Shown: piece after piece, positions 29,164 through 39,558 of the stretch
Layout of the letters: the number at the start of each line of letters is the position of its first letter
Numbering within the stretch: the first letter of the stretch is position 1
Assembly: GCA_965140445.1 (NCBI GenBank)
Contig: OZ223236.1
Span: 608,001 to 672,000 of the forward strand
Direction: 5' to 3'
Source of the DNA: Candidatus Ozemobacteraceae bacterium
GTDB lineage: Bacteria; Muiribacteriota; Ozemobacteria; Ozemobacterales; Ozemobacteraceae
DNA: 64,000 bases
Notes under the pieces: model-generated
Seen by the model: the letters and a program-made list of their open reading frames with translations, nothing else
Told to the model about the DNA's origin: nothing
Databases searched by the model: none
Translations under genes and position numbers: made by a program

Positions 29164-30147
29164 CTACAGATTTAAATAGAAGTCCACTGGTTGAAGCTCT
29201 ATCGAGTTTATTCCCTTGTCAATTACCAGAAAGTTTCTAATTGCCTGACACATGTGGCATTTGTTCAAGTATTCATGCCCGGTTACAAATCCATATTTCT
29301 CGCAGGCAATATCAAGCAGACCGCCTACTCCATGGTTAAAAAGACTTGTAAGAAATGGGTATTTTCTTTCATCAAGCGGCGCTCCCAGATCTTCAACTTT
29401 TATCGCTAAACCAGCGCATAAACCAGGAATAAAATTGCCGTAAAGGTCAATGTGAAAATGATTTGTCTGCAAAAGCTCAGAACAGCCAGTCCGATCAGAA
29501 GCGATGTCGACTGAAGATCTTGGTGCATAAACACCTTTCAAAAAATTAACTGCCCGTCCGCCTGGTTGTAACCAGAAACGCTGTGCAATGCTTTGTTTGT
29601 AGTTCTCGCCATAATAGTTTCCGAGTTCTTCAATGCTATGAGGCATCGATTTGTCAAATGCAGAAAGCTCCTGATAAAACTCTTCTTTCCATGGAAATAC
29701 CTTAAGGCCAACAGTCTGGCAGGAAGTTAACACTCCATCAACTTTATAAAGAGGTGTGTATTCTTGATGAAACGGACTTATAGAGACAAGGAGCCCCTTT
29801 GCTCCCAGTATTCTCACCTGCATTAGAAGATTGTCTGCACTCGCTTTATCTGTAAACCAGGCGCAGTTAGTTTCGATATAGTCAACGCGAATGTTGGCAC
29901 TGCGAGCAGCTTTTAAAACTTCCAAAAGATCTTTAGGCTGCAAAAATGGCTCTCCACCGCCAATGTGAATTGCAGAACACCCCATTTTCTGGATCAGGTT
30001 AAAATACTTTGTGGCATTACTACTACTCATATAATTTTGTCTGCGGTTTGGAGAGCAGACGTAAAGGCAATGCCGACAATTTGAAGTGCAGGAATAGTTC
30101 GTGATGAACCCACCAGATGAAAGTCTTTTGATATCAAGTTTGGGCAT
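29164..30147 (-). CDS. Radical SAM protein
   Basis: CTSNCRHC, GGGEPF, IETN, C-terminal CHMC. Confidence 0.9.
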   Translation of the reverse strand: MPKLDIKRLSSGGFITNYSCTSNCRHCLYVCSPNRRQNYMSSSNATKYFNLIQKMGCSAIHIGGGEPFLQPKDLLEVLKAARSANIRVDYIETNCAWFTDKASADNLLMQVRILGAKGLLVSISPFHQEYTPLYKVDGVLTSCQTVGLKVFPWKEEFYQELSAFDKSMPHSIEELGNYYGENYKQSIAQRFWLQPGGRAVNFLKGVYAPRSSVDIASDRTGCSELLQTNHFHIDLYGNFIPGLCAGLAIKVEDLGAPLDERKYPFLTSLFNHGVGGLLDIACEKYGFVTGHEYLNKCHMCQAIRNFLVIDKGINSIELQPVDFYLNL

Positions 30148-30246
30148 AATTTTTTTGAACTGCTTATCTAAGTATTGAATTTTTTCACAGGCGTGATAAG
30201 TTTAGTCTCTGAAAACAAATAAAATCAACTATAAACAGGAAATAAA

Positions 30247-31293
30247 ATGAGTTTATCTTCACCTGATCTACAAAGAATTCTTAGGGAAAACCATGTCGCT
30301 GGTGTCAGTTTTGCGGTTATTAGAGATTTCAAGATAGCTTATGCGCAATGCGAAGGAATGCTTGATGCCAATTCTCATGAGCCCCTCTGGCCGGATACTA
30401 TTTTTCAGGGTGCCTCAATCAGCAAGGCTATGACCACGCTTTTGACGCTAAAATTGGTCGAAGACGGCAAAATTGATCTCGATAAGCCCATTAATAAATG
30501 TCTTAAATCATGGAAGATTCCTGCCAATAAGTGGACCAGAGAAACCCCGGTTACCATCAGGCATATTTTAAGCCATTTTTCCGGGATCAATGTTCCAACT
30601 TATCGCGGATACATTGAAGGTGACGATTTACCATCTTTGATGGACATACTCGACGGAACAGATCCAGCTGACTCTCTGCCAGTGAGAGTTGAAACTGCAG
30701 TTGATGAACAGTTTATTTATTCTACTGGCTCTTTCGCTGTATTGGAGCTTCTTCTTGAGGAAATTACAAATCAGAGATTTGAAACTCTAATGCAGCATAA
30801 TGTTTTTGGTCCTCTCCAGATGCATAGAACTTCTTTTAGTCAGCCGCTTTCAGATGAGTTTCGTGGAAATGCCGCATCTGGTCATAGATCCGATGGACAG
30901 CCAGTTGCCGGAAACTACTTTATTTATCCCGCGCTTGCCGGAAGCGCTATTTGGACAACGCCTACTGATCTGGCAAAGGCAGCAGTTCATCTGCAAAAGA
31001 TTCTAAGAGGCTGGGACTCGGGAATACTTAAGCCGGAAACTGTTTCAGAAATGTTAAGTCCTTACAGGATTGAGTCTTTTGGTCTTGGCTTTGCTCTTTA
31101 CCAGGATAAAGGCCATGGAACATATTTCGGTCACACAGGTAACACTGAAGGATTTAGATCAATGTTTATGGCCCATAAAGAAAATGGCTCGGGCGCGTTT
31201 ATTCTTGTGAACAGTGATAACGCTGACCCTGTTATTAAGCAGGTTATTAATAGAATCGCCCAGACTGAAGGTTGGGAAGGTTTTTTCTGGTAA
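30247..31293 (+). CDS. Serine hydrolase, beta-lactamase (class C-like) family
   Basis: FQGASISK (SxxK), ILSHFSG, YS, GHTG. Confidence 0.9.
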   Translation: MSLSSPDLQRILRENHVAGVSFAVIRDFKIAYAQCEGMLDANSHEPLWPDTIFQGASISKAMTTLLTLKLVEDGKIDLDKPINKCLKSWKIPANKWTRETPVTIRHILSHFSGINVPTYRGYIEGDDLPSLMDILDGTDPADSLPVRVETAVDEQFIYSTGSFAVLELLLEEITNQRFETLMQHNVFGPLQMHRTSFSQPLSDEFRGNAASGHRSDGQPVAGNYFIYPALAGSAIWTTPTDLAKAAVHLQKILRGWDSGILKPETVSEMLSPYRIESFGLGFALYQDKGHGTYFGHTGNTEGFRSMFMAHKENGSGAFILVNSDNADPVIKQVINRIAQTEGWEGFFW

Positions 31294-32588
31294 TGAACAA
31301 AACAATTAAAAAACCCGAGTTAATGTCTCCCGCTGGCGATTTTGTAAGTTTAAAAGCTGCCATAGACGCTGGGGCAGATGCTGTTTATTTCGGTATTGTC
31401 GAAATGAATATGCGTGCAAACGCCAGAAATTTTCATTTGGACGATCTTCCTGAAATTGTGAAAATTTGTCATGAAAGCTCGGTAAAAGCATATCTGGCAT
31501 TAAATACAATTATATTTGACCATGAAGTTGAAAAAGCTAGAGTCCTGGTAAGAAGCGCTGCAGATGCAGGAGTAGATGCTGTTATCTGCTGGGATTTCGC
31601 TATTCTGGAAGCGGCGAGAGAGTATAACATTGAAGCCTTTATTTCTACCCAGATGTCGGTTGCTAACTCATTAAGCATAGAATTCTTTTACAAGAATCTT
31701 GGTATAAATAGATTTGTTCTGGCGCGAGAATGCACTCTGGAAGAGATCGTTTCAATTAAGAAAAATCTTGCGGCAAGACTTGGTGACGAAGCGAAGAATA
31801 TTGAAATTGAAGTTTTTGCCCATGGCGCAATGTGTGTTTCAGTTAGTGGTCGCTGCTTCATGTCACAGTTTCATTTTGACAAATCTGGTAACCGTGGTGA
31901 GTGTAAGCAGCCTTGCAGAAGAGAATACACGATTACAGAAGAGCGTGATGGAAAATCCTATGTCCTGGGAAAAGACTATGTAATGAGTCCTAAAGATATT
32001 TGCTCATTACCATTTTTGGATAAAATTCTTGAAGCAGGAGTGGTTGATAGCTTCAAAATTGAAGGCCGTGGAAGAAGTCCTGAGTATGTGAGCATTGTAA
32101 CCTCATGTTATCGCCAGGTTATCGACTTTTATTACTCGAATAAAGACGAAGAAGGCTTTGCTGAAAAGATAAAAGCCTTAAAAGATAAGCTTTATAAAGA
32201 ACTTGATTCTGTTTTTAATCGCGGATTCTCCGATGGATTCTTTCTTGGAAGACAAATTGAGGCCTGGACAGGTGGGAATGGTTCAAAAGCCAGCCATCGC
32301 AAAGTCCAGATCGGCTATGTTACTAATTTTTACAAAAAAGTTGGAGTTGCTGAAATCAAGGTTGAGGGCCATGAGTTTAAAGCAGGCCAGGAACTAATGT
32401 TTCAAGGTAAAACAACCGGTGTTTTAACTCAGATTGCCGAATCTATTGAAATTGAAGGCAAGACTGTGGAGATAGCCCATCAAGGCATTTCTGTTGGAGT
32501 AAAGCTTTCTAAGCCAGTCAAAATTAATGACAAGGTGTTTATTATAGTTCCAATTGAACAGCTTCCCACAAATAGCTATAAGCAATGA
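31293..32588 (+). CDS. Peptidase U32 family protein (possible RNA hydroxylation factor)
   Basis: PELMSPAG, GADAVYFG, HGAMCVSVSGRC, NRGECKQPCR, FKIEGR; ATG overlaps the upstream TAA. Confidence 0.92.
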   Translation: MNKTIKKPELMSPAGDFVSLKAAIDAGADAVYFGIVEMNMRANARNFHLDDLPEIVKICHESSVKAYLALNTIIFDHEVEKARVLVRSAADAGVDAVICWDFAILEAAREYNIEAFISTQMSVANSLSIEFFYKNLGINRFVLARECTLEEIVSIKKNLAARLGDEAKNIEIEVFAHGAMCVSVSGRCFMSQFHFDKSGNRGECKQPCRREYTITEERDGKSYVLGKDYVMSPKDICSLPFLDKILEAGVVDSFKIEGRGRSPEYVSIVTSCYRQVIDFYYSNKDEEGFAEKIKALKDKLYKELDSVFNRGFSDGFFLGRQIEAWTGGNGSKASHRKVQIGYVTNFYKKVGVAEIKVEGHEFKAGQELMFQGKTTGVLTQIAESIEIEGKTVEIAHQGISVGVKLSKPVKINDKVFIIVPIEQLPTNSYKQ

Positions 32589-33043
32589 TTGAATGCAGAG
32601 CGCCGCTTACCAGTGAAGAATGGGAGCAATACTTCCAACTACGCTGGCTAATTCTCCGTAAACCATGGGGACAAGTAGAGGGCTCTGAAAAAGATTCAAT
32701 AGAGGAACTTTGCGTTCATTTTGCTGCCTTTGATGCTGGAGTAATTGTTGGTGTTGCCAGGCTACAGTTCAATAACGATGAAGAAGCTCAGCTTCGCTAT
32801 ATGGCTGTGACTGAATCGTATCGTAATAGAAAAATAGGGCAACTTTTAGTTAAAAATATTGAGCGAATAGCAATTGAGAGAGGTATGAAGAGAATTGTTT
32901 TAAACTCAAGAGAAATTGCGGTGGGTTTTTATCAAAAGCTTGGCTATACTGTTTCTAAACAAGGAAAAACTTTGTTTGGAACAATAAAGCATTTTGTCAT
33001 GGAGAAAGCATTAGCTCCAGAGGAGATAGAGAATGGATACTAA
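32585..33043 (+). CDS. GNAT N-acetyltransferase
   Basis: LRWLILRKPW, QLRYMAV...RNRKIG, FYQKLGY. Confidence 0.9.
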   Translation: MIECRAPLTSEEWEQYFQLRWLILRKPWGQVEGSEKDSIEELCVHFAAFDAGVIVGVARLQFNNDEEAQLRYMAVTESYRNRKIGQLLVKNIERIAIERGMKRIVLNSREIAVGFYQKLGYTVSKQGKTLFGTIKHFVMEKALAPEEIENGY

Positions 33044-33893
33044 AGTCGCCTGTTGTGGCTGCAGTGGTTGTGGTTGTTTTCTAATTATTATTTCAATAAT
33101 AGTTGGGGGATATTTTGGATTTAGTTTTTTAAAAAGTTCAGGGCGTGGTTTTGTTGCTTTTAGTTTCCAAAAAGCCATGGAAAACCTCGTTGAAGATAGC
33201 TTGCCATCAGAGGACAAAAAAGAGGTTCTCACTCTTGTAGATGGAGTAAAAAAAGAAATTTCCGATGGAAAAATAGGATTATTTGACCTGTTTAAAGAGG
33301 GAACATCAGGGGTTGAAGGAAATACTTATTTAAAATCTCTGATTCTTGGTTTTAAAAACCTGTATCTTACAAAAGCAGAATCAGATGAAAATATAAAAAT
33401 TGTAAATCGATTCCTGGGCGGGATCTATTCTGAACATATAGATACGTATAAAGCAGCTTCTTTAACCAGTATTATCTCTCAGAGATACAGTAAGAAGATG
33501 AGAACTTCGTCCTCGCAAAAGGGCAAGATCAAATACGAAGGAAAAAGGCTGAATAAAAAACTTAGCCCTGAAAAAGTTCAACAGGCAATCAAAGTAATGC
33601 AGGATATAATTTCTAAATATGAAGTTCCGGTACCAGCAGAATCATTTGATGGTGAAAAGCTTTTTAAAAAGGATGTCATAGGGATCATAAAAAGACTTAA
33701 AAGTATTTCTGAAAACGCTTCTGGCTCTTCAAAAATTGGAATAAAAGATTTGATCAACGAAATAGACAAAGTTAATAAAGCCCAATCAACAGCTTCAAAA
33801 ACCATGAATGCCGAGGAACCTGTTGATAAAAAAATTGAAGAATTGGGTGGCGAACCCGATTCTAATGAAAAGCAGGTTGAGGAAGTTGATTAA
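33033..33893 (+). CDS. Membrane-anchored hypothetical protein
   Basis: Cys/Gly-rich start (CCGCSGCGC) followed by a TM helix; overlaps both neighbours. Confidence 0.7.
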   Translation: MDTKVACCGCSGCGCFLIIISIIVGGYFGFSFLKSSGRGFVAFSFQKAMENLVEDSLPSEDKKEVLTLVDGVKKEISDGKIGLFDLFKEGTSGVEGNTYLKSLILGFKNLYLTKAESDENIKIVNRFLGGIYSEHIDTYKAASLTSIISQRYSKKMRTSSSQKGKIKYEGKRLNKKLSPEKVQQAIKVMQDIISKYEVPVPAESFDGEKLFKKDVIGIIKRLKSISENASGSSKIGIKDLINEIDKVNKAQSTASKTMNAEEPVDKKIEELGGEPDSNEKQVEEVD

Positions 33894-34651
33894 TGTCAGA
33901 GTGGAAAACGTTTTTTAATGGCTATGCTCACAAATACGAGGAAGAATGTTTCACCAAAGGAACTATCGCTGAAGTTGATTTCCTGATCGAAGAGCTTGGT
34001 TTAAATCCAGGAAACTCAATATTGGATATAGGTTGCGGCACTGGTCGTCATTCCCTGGAGCTAGCCAGACGAGGTTTCCAAGTCACAGGGGTTGATTTCT
34101 CCGCAGAAATGCTCGAGGTTGCTAGAAATAGAGCCATTAACGAGGGCCTGCTTATAGAATTTATTGAATCCCCGGCTCAGGATTTCGTTCCCACCAAAAA
34201 ATATGACGCTGCAATATCGCTCTGCGAAGGCGCCCTCTGTCTGTTTGGCTCAGAAGACAACATATGGGGCAAGGACATGGCTATTCTAGCCAACATGGCA
34301 GAAGCCCTCGAACCCGGAAAGCCATTTCTAATTACAGTGCTTAACGCCTTTAAGATGATCCGTTCTATCACTGATGACGACATAAAATCAGGAACTGTTG
34401 ATCTTTTCACCCTCTCGCAAAAATTCGCGTATAAGGGCCAGGATTCCGGTGGCCAGGAAATCAGCATTTCGGCTATCGAACGATATTATACTCCATCTGA
34501 GATGGTCAGAATGGTTAACCGCATAGGATTAAAAGTTGACCACCTTTACGCTGGCACAGCTGGTTCCTGGAAAAAGGATCATATCAGTCTGGATGAGTTT
34601 GAATTTATGCTCATCGGCCATAAAAAGGACCATAAGGGCAAGTCTGCTTAA
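33893..34651 (+). CDS. Class I SAM-dependent methyltransferase
   Basis: ILDIGCGTGRH, VTGVDFS, LEPGK. Confidence 0.92.
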   Translation: MSEWKTFFNGYAHKYEEECFTKGTIAEVDFLIEELGLNPGNSILDIGCGTGRHSLELARRGFQVTGVDFSAEMLEVARNRAINEGLLIEFIESPAQDFVPTKKYDAAISLCEGALCLFGSEDNIWGKDMAILANMAEALEPGKPFLITVLNAFKMIRSITDDDIKSGTVDLFTLSQKFAYKGQDSGGQEISISAIERYYTPSEMVRMVNRIGLKVDHLYAGTAGSWKKDHISLDEFEFMLIGHKKDHKGKSA

Positions 34652-34862
34652 TTATTAAAAATTTGATCATTCCGCTGGGTAAATTACGAAAGTAAGAATC
34701 AATTTCAGTTTTACTAATTTTCATTTGTTTCAAAAGTGTACCCTTTTTGACAACTTTCCAGCATAAAATTGCCAGAAAATCAGCATTGCTGAAATTTACA
34801 AATTCATAACTTTCTTTACCAAGTTGTAGATTTGATGCGGGTTTTGCTTCTTGGCTTTTAAG

Positions 34863-34879
34863 TTGGCACGCAAGTTGCT
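34863..34879 (+). promoter_or_regulatory. sigma54 -24/-12 promoter, copy A
   Basis: TTGGCACGCAAGTTGCT. Confidence 0.82.
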
Positions 34880-34940
34880 CTATAAGGCGCATCACGAAAT
34901 AAGTAATAAGTTTTAATAAGATAATCGGAGGTCGTTTGTT

Positions 34941-35348
34941 ATGAGTAAAGGTATCATCACTTCATTAGTATTGGCAGTTTCTCTTCTTCTTACCCCTGTA
35001 GCTTTCGCTGGTAATCCAAACCAGAGCGGTCAGTCTTCACAGTCCTCACAGGCAAGTCAGGCTGGACATGGTAAGAAAAAATGCTTCCTCAAGAAAGTTA
35101 AAAAAGCAGTTAAAAAGACTGTTAAGAAAACTGTAAAAAAAGTTAAGAAAACAGCTAAAAAAGTAAAAAAAGCCACTGTAAAAACTTGTGACAAAATCCA
35201 GAACAAAGTAATGGATACTGGTGTTGCAGCTAAAAAGAAAATCACTGGCAAAAAATGCAAAACTTTCGTAAAAGGCCATTACACTAAAAAAGGCACTCAC
35301 GTAAAAGGTCATTTCAGAAAAGTATCAAAAGGTTGCTGCAAAAGATAA
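34941..35348 (+). CDS. Exported Lys-rich cationic protein, copy A
   Basis: GGAGG RBS; signal peptide ending AFA; Q/S linker; KK repeats; VKGHYTKKGTHVKGHFR. Confidence 0.88.
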   Translation: MSKGIITSLVLAVSLLLTPVAFAGNPNQSGQSSQSSQASQAGHGKKKCFLKKVKKAVKKTVKKTVKKVKKTAKKVKKATVKTCDKIQNKVMDTGVAAKKKITGKKCKTFVKGHYTKKGTHVKGHFRKVSKGCCKR

Positions 35349-35395
35349 TTTCACGCTAGCACCAAAAACAAAAATTTAATCATACCTTAAAAAAA

Positions 35396-35447
35396 CAAAC
35401 ACCTTCGGGATTCGGTTAACACTTGAATCCCGGAGGTGTTTGCTTTT
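35396..35447 (+). terminator. Intrinsic terminator, copy A
   Basis: CAAACACCTTCGGGATTCGG...TTGAATCCCGGAGGTGTTTG long stem followed by CTTTT. Confidence 0.75.
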
Positions 35448-35572
35448 AGCCAGAATAGTTTGCAAGCCTGATAATTTTGGGCTTGCTTTAGCTTTTTACA
35501 CTGGTTGGAGTTATAATCAACATTAAATTAAAATTAAAGACCGATTTGCTTATGCCAACGGGAGGCTTTGAG

Positions 35573-38566
35573 ATGAAAAAAATTATTATCATTTTACTTA
35601 TGCTTTGCATGGAAATGACCTGTTTTGCTACAGATAGGTTTGGCCGCCCGGAAAAGCCGTTTGAATCAGATAGCGAACTTTTATATTCAAAAAACGGCGA
35701 GTCATATCATTTTGTTATTCGCATTGTCAGCCCAATGGACAAAGATGCTCCATTTTTTTTCCGTAAAGATTTAATTGGAATTAAAGAACTGAAGAAAGGC
35801 GAATCAATTTTCAGCATTTTGAATTTTGAAGGCCGCGGAAAATATTATGGCTATTCTTTATACGGTTGGGGTTCTATTAATGGCAGTCCCAATGAATTTG
35901 CTAAACGCTTTGAAAATAAGATAAGCAAAGATTTTAAGCCCATTAGATTCAATAAAATACAGCATAGCGAAATGGCTCGTTTAATCAATGTCTGTGCAGA
36001 GACAGACACTGATCTTGAGAAAATACCATCTATTAAAAGTTGGTTAAAAAGCCTGAATGAAGAGCTGGAAAAATACTGTTGGCTTATTGGTTTTTTAATG
36101 CCAGACAGCAGAACAAACTTTAGAGAGCGTGGTAGAGACATAGATTTATACAGCGTATTTACTGGAATCAGCGCAATCAGAGAAACTTTACAATCGGATG
36201 CAAATCTTAATGATACTGAAATCGCTGATGATCCAGAGTGCAAGGAAAACATTAGAAAGATTGGTCGTGCTACAGATATGTATCGCATGGACAATAGCGA
36301 ACCCATGAAGGAACTTGATCTAAAATTGCTGGTAAAAGGAAAATACCTTCAATCGATGCCCATATGTAATGGAAAGTCTGATTATTACTACAGTGATAAA
36401 GGTCAGATAAGGTGTCCACGTCATGGTGATTATCTTAATTCTGAGCCAGATGAGTCAGAAGCAAAATTTAACGAAGAATTAGTAAGTGTCGGAGAGATTA
36501 AAGGGCCTGAGGCTCCTTCCCATGACTGGAAGAAAATGATTAAGAATCCGGATCTAAAATTGCCGGCTTCTTATAATCTGATACCTGAAGATTGTGCATT
36601 CATACATTTTCCATCCTATACGGCATTTCGCAAAGCATTTGATTTTTTTAGCGATTGGTCAACCTCCTTTGGAGCGGCTTTTGGTGGTGAATCTGGTAAA
36701 GCAAATTTCAATATCGAAAAGCAGATAAAAGACCAGCTTCTTCTAAAAACCGACATTTTAACCAAACTCTTTGCTGATGTTGTTTTAAGCGATATTGTTT
36801 TTCTTAGTGAAGATCCATTCATTTTTGAAGGATCTGCTTTCGCTATCATTCTAAAGATAAACAATGAGCCGATGTTAACGCAAAAGCTTAGTATGACTGC
36901 CGATGAGTTTTGCAAAAATTATCCTGAGATAAAAGAAAGCAAAATGACTATTGATGGTCACACCGTGCAGGCCTTTACTTCTCAGGATTTTCATTTTCGG
37001 TCTTACCGCTTGATTGCACAAGGACACCAGATTGTCTGCAACTCGCCAGTATTAATGGAAAAAATCGTAGCTTTGATTAATGGCAACGGCCCTTCTATGG
37101 CAAAGAGTCTTGATTTACGCTATTTCTATGAGCACATAGAAAACAATTTTCCTGGTTCGGACAGAATTTTCACTTTTCTTTCCGATGCATTTATCCGCAA
37201 ATTAATTGGTCCTGCATATAAAGTTGCTACAAAGCAACGCCTGGAGTGCATTAGAAATTCACTTTTGCAGAGTTATGAAGCACTGGTAAACGGTAAAATG
37301 AGTTCAGAGCTTAAGTGCCCGGAAGATGGCAAATATAGTTTTGAAAATTGTCAGCTTAGTTGCTCAAAACATAGAAGCTTTGGTTATATGACTCCGGTAA
37401 GTGAAAGTCTTCCAAAGCAGATAACCAGATCAGAAGCCTCTGCTTACAACAGATTTGTCACAAATTATAACCAGTATTTCACGCAATTTTTTGACCCAAT
37501 AGGATTTGTTTTTTCTACAGAACCAACTTTTCGCGGTCGTCTGCTTATAATGCCACTAGTTGAAAAAGGTATTTATAGTGAACTTCAGCAAAATTTGAAA
37601 ATTGAGCCCATGAATCCTGGCCCAAAACTTAAAAATGGCGTTTTAAAAGTTGGCACAAAGCTTAAAGCGGATAAATTTCTGAATTTATTTGTATGGGGGA
37701 GAGGAATTGTTGATAGTAAGCTATATGGATTGATCGATAGATGGTTTACTGGTTGCATTTGGATACATTTGGCGGATCATCCACTATTGTTTCAATGGGA
37801 ATCAAATTTAGTTGCCAGGGGAATACTTGATGAACTTGGTGGAAGAGGAAGAAATTGGGGCTTCGCTGGTATGGTTCCTGGTATTTTAAGCATATTTTCT
37901 CCAATGATGTTTGCTGTTGAAATGACCAGTGAGAAACATTATCAGGACATTATTGACCTTATAAAATTGATGAACGATTCAACAAGAAAACGCAGAGGAT
38001 TCTTGTTTTCCCCAAATGTAAAAATGGAAAATCTCATTGAGAATGGAATTGAAATGTATGTTCTGTCCATTGATTTGTTTGCAATAAAAAAGACGTTCTA
38101 TTTAACGCAAAGGAATGGCTTTATTTTGATTGCCAGCAAAAAAGAGCTTCTTTATGAGTTAGAAGACCCTGAAAAAGATGAAAAAACGCGGCTTAAAGGC
38201 AATTTTAACCTTGTTTTTTATCCACAGAATTTTAAGCTAATGCGCTCAGATTTACTGGAAATGCGGGCTAGATCGCAGCGTGATTCCTGTTTGACCAATT
38301 TGAGAAATCTCCATTTTGTAAGCTGCTTTAAACCAGAAGAGGCTTATAAATACTATCATTTACTATTTGGTTCTTTACCAGCTTGTCCTGCTGGAGGTAA
38401 ATATTCACCGCTTGCCCCCGTATCATGTTCTGTTCATGGCACAATTAAGTCTGGCGTAATAAAATCTGTTCCTGACTTTCTGAACGGCATTAAGTCTATT
38501 TCAATCCAGAACTTTATTAACGCTGATGGCTTTCAAAGTGAAATTATCTTTGATCAGTCGCATTAA
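35573..38566 (+). CDS. Large exported hypothetical protein with three C...C...CxxH modules
   Basis: ATG after GGAGG; signal peptide; modules ending CPRHG, CSKH and CSVHG. Confidence 0.8.
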   Translation: MKKIIIILLMLCMEMTCFATDRFGRPEKPFESDSELLYSKNGESYHFVIRIVSPMDKDAPFFFRKDLIGIKELKKGESIFSILNFEGRGKYYGYSLYGWGSINGSPNEFAKRFENKISKDFKPIRFNKIQHSEMARLINVCAETDTDLEKIPSIKSWLKSLNEELEKYCWLIGFLMPDSRTNFRERGRDIDLYSVFTGISAIRETLQSDANLNDTEIADDPECKENIRKIGRATDMYRMDNSEPMKELDLKLLVKGKYLQSMPICNGKSDYYYSDKGQIRCPRHGDYLNSEPDESEAKFNEELVSVGEIKGPEAPSHDWKKMIKNPDLKLPASYNLIPEDCAFIHFPSYTAFRKAFDFFSDWSTSFGAAFGGESGKANFNIEKQIKDQLLLKTDILTKLFADVVLSDIVFLSEDPFIFEGSAFAIILKINNEPMLTQKLSMTADEFCKNYPEIKESKMTIDGHTVQAFTSQDFHFRSYRLIAQGHQIVCNSPVLMEKIVALINGNGPSMAKSLDLRYFYEHIENNFPGSDRIFTFLSDAFIRKLIGPAYKVATKQRLECIRNSLLQSYEALVNGKMSSELKCPEDGKYSFENCQLSCSKHRSFGYMTPVSESLPKQITRSEASAYNRFVTNYNQYFTQFFDPIGFVFSTEPTFRGRLLIMPLVEKGIYSELQQNLKIEPMNPGPKLKNGVLKVGTKLKADKFLNLFVWGRGIVDSKLYGLIDRWFTGCIWIHLADHPLLFQWESNLVARGILDELGGRGRNWGFAGMVPGILSIFSPMMFAVEMTSEKHYQDIIDLIKLMNDSTRKRRGFLFSPNVKMENLIENGIEMYVLSIDLFAIKKTFYLTQRNGFILIASKKELLYELEDPEKDEKTRLKGNFNLVFYPQNFKLMRSDLLEMRARSQRDSCLTNLRNLHFVSCFKPEEAYKYYHLLFGSLPACPAGGKYSPLAPVSCSVHGTIKSGVIKSVPDFLNGIKSISIQNFINADGFQSEIIFDQSH

Positions 38567-38580
38567 AAATTTGATGCACT

Positions 38581-39090
38581 ATGGAGTTTAAACTTCTTGC
38601 TGATAATTTGACTGAGGTTCCTACTGTTGCCAGGTGGCTCAATTCAGAATGGGGAGATCCTTCTGATAAGGAATCTATCCGCAATCTTGAGAGCCGTTTG
38701 AGAGATAGAGCCAGTCGAGATAAAATCCCGGTTCATCTTTTGGCATATAAAGACAATTTATTAGTGGGTTTTGGAGTTCTAAAAATCAGAGAGATGGATA
38801 TATATCCAGATTTCGAACATTGGCTCGGAAGCCTGTATGTTATTCCACAATATCGAGGAAAAGGCATCGGCAAAGCTCTTATAAAAGAGATTGTGACCAG
38901 AGCAATTTCATACGGCGTTACTTGTTTATATTTGCAAACCGAAAAACAAAACATAGGACTTTATCAGAAGCTCGGATGGGTTCTGTTGGATCAAGTTAAA
39001 TACAAAGGCTATGATGCATCAGTGATGAGGCTGGATTTACTTGAAAAAGCCTCTTTAGTCAGGATTAAGAAAGAGAACGATAGGTTATAG
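38581..39090 (+). CDS. GNAT N-acetyltransferase
   Basis: WLGSLYVIPQYRGKGIG, LYQKLGW. Confidence 0.9.
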   Translation: MEFKLLADNLTEVPTVARWLNSEWGDPSDKESIRNLESRLRDRASRDKIPVHLLAYKDNLLVGFGVLKIREMDIYPDFEHWLGSLYVIPQYRGKGIGKALIKEIVTRAISYGVTCLYLQTEKQNIGLYQKLGWVLLDQVKYKGYDASVMRLDLLEKASLVRIKKENDRL

Positions 39091-39096
39091 CTTTCG

Positions 39097-39558
39097 CTAT
39101 TTGTCATTATTTGAAATTACAATTGATGTCAGTGATTTGTATTCTTCTAGTTGCTTTTCCGATAGAGAAGAAAAAAAGACCTCATCAGCATTTTCAATAG
39201 CAACAATAGCTTCAAGGAGTATCTTTTGAGCTTTTTTTGTTAAGAAAACATTTGTTGCACGGTTGTCTGTTGCTGAGCTTTCTCTTGAAACCAGGCCACC
39301 TTTCTCTAATCGGCGAACTGCTTTTGAAACGGTCATTTTATCAATCTTCGTGTGTGAAACTAGATGCGATTGTGTAATTGGTTCGTTCTTTTCTTCGAAC
39401 CACTTTAAAGATGCAAGCAGAGCGTATTGTGTCTGGGTAATTCCAAAATGGTTCAAAATTGATGTTAGCTTGGTTTGCCACAATGTTGTGATTTTCCATA
39501 AGAGAAAACCCGTAGAGCTATCTGCTTTATCAAATTTAAAAGGAGAAGAATTATTCAT
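39097..39558 (-). CDS. MarR family transcriptional regulator
   Basis: GITQTQYALL, DKMTVSKAVRRLEKGGLVSR, DNRA...LT. Confidence 0.92.
   Translation of the reverse strand: MNNSSPFKFDKADSSTGFLLWKITTLWQTKLTSILNHFGITQTQYALLASLKWFEEKNEPITQSHLVSHTKIDKMTVSKAVRRLEKGGLVSRESSATDNRATNVFLTKKAQKILLEAIVAIENADEVFFSSLSEKQLEEYKSLTSIVISNNDK

Larger units (their letters stand above)
34736..35450 (+). repeat. ~715-bp dispersed direct repeat, copy A
   Basis: From GTGTACCCTTTTTGAC to TGCTTTTAGC; matches 40249..40963 and 42377..43093. Confidence 0.95.

Noticed and set aside
34941..35348. Histone H1-like nucleoid protein
   Set aside because: Lys-rich, but a clear signal peptide and five Cys argue for export.
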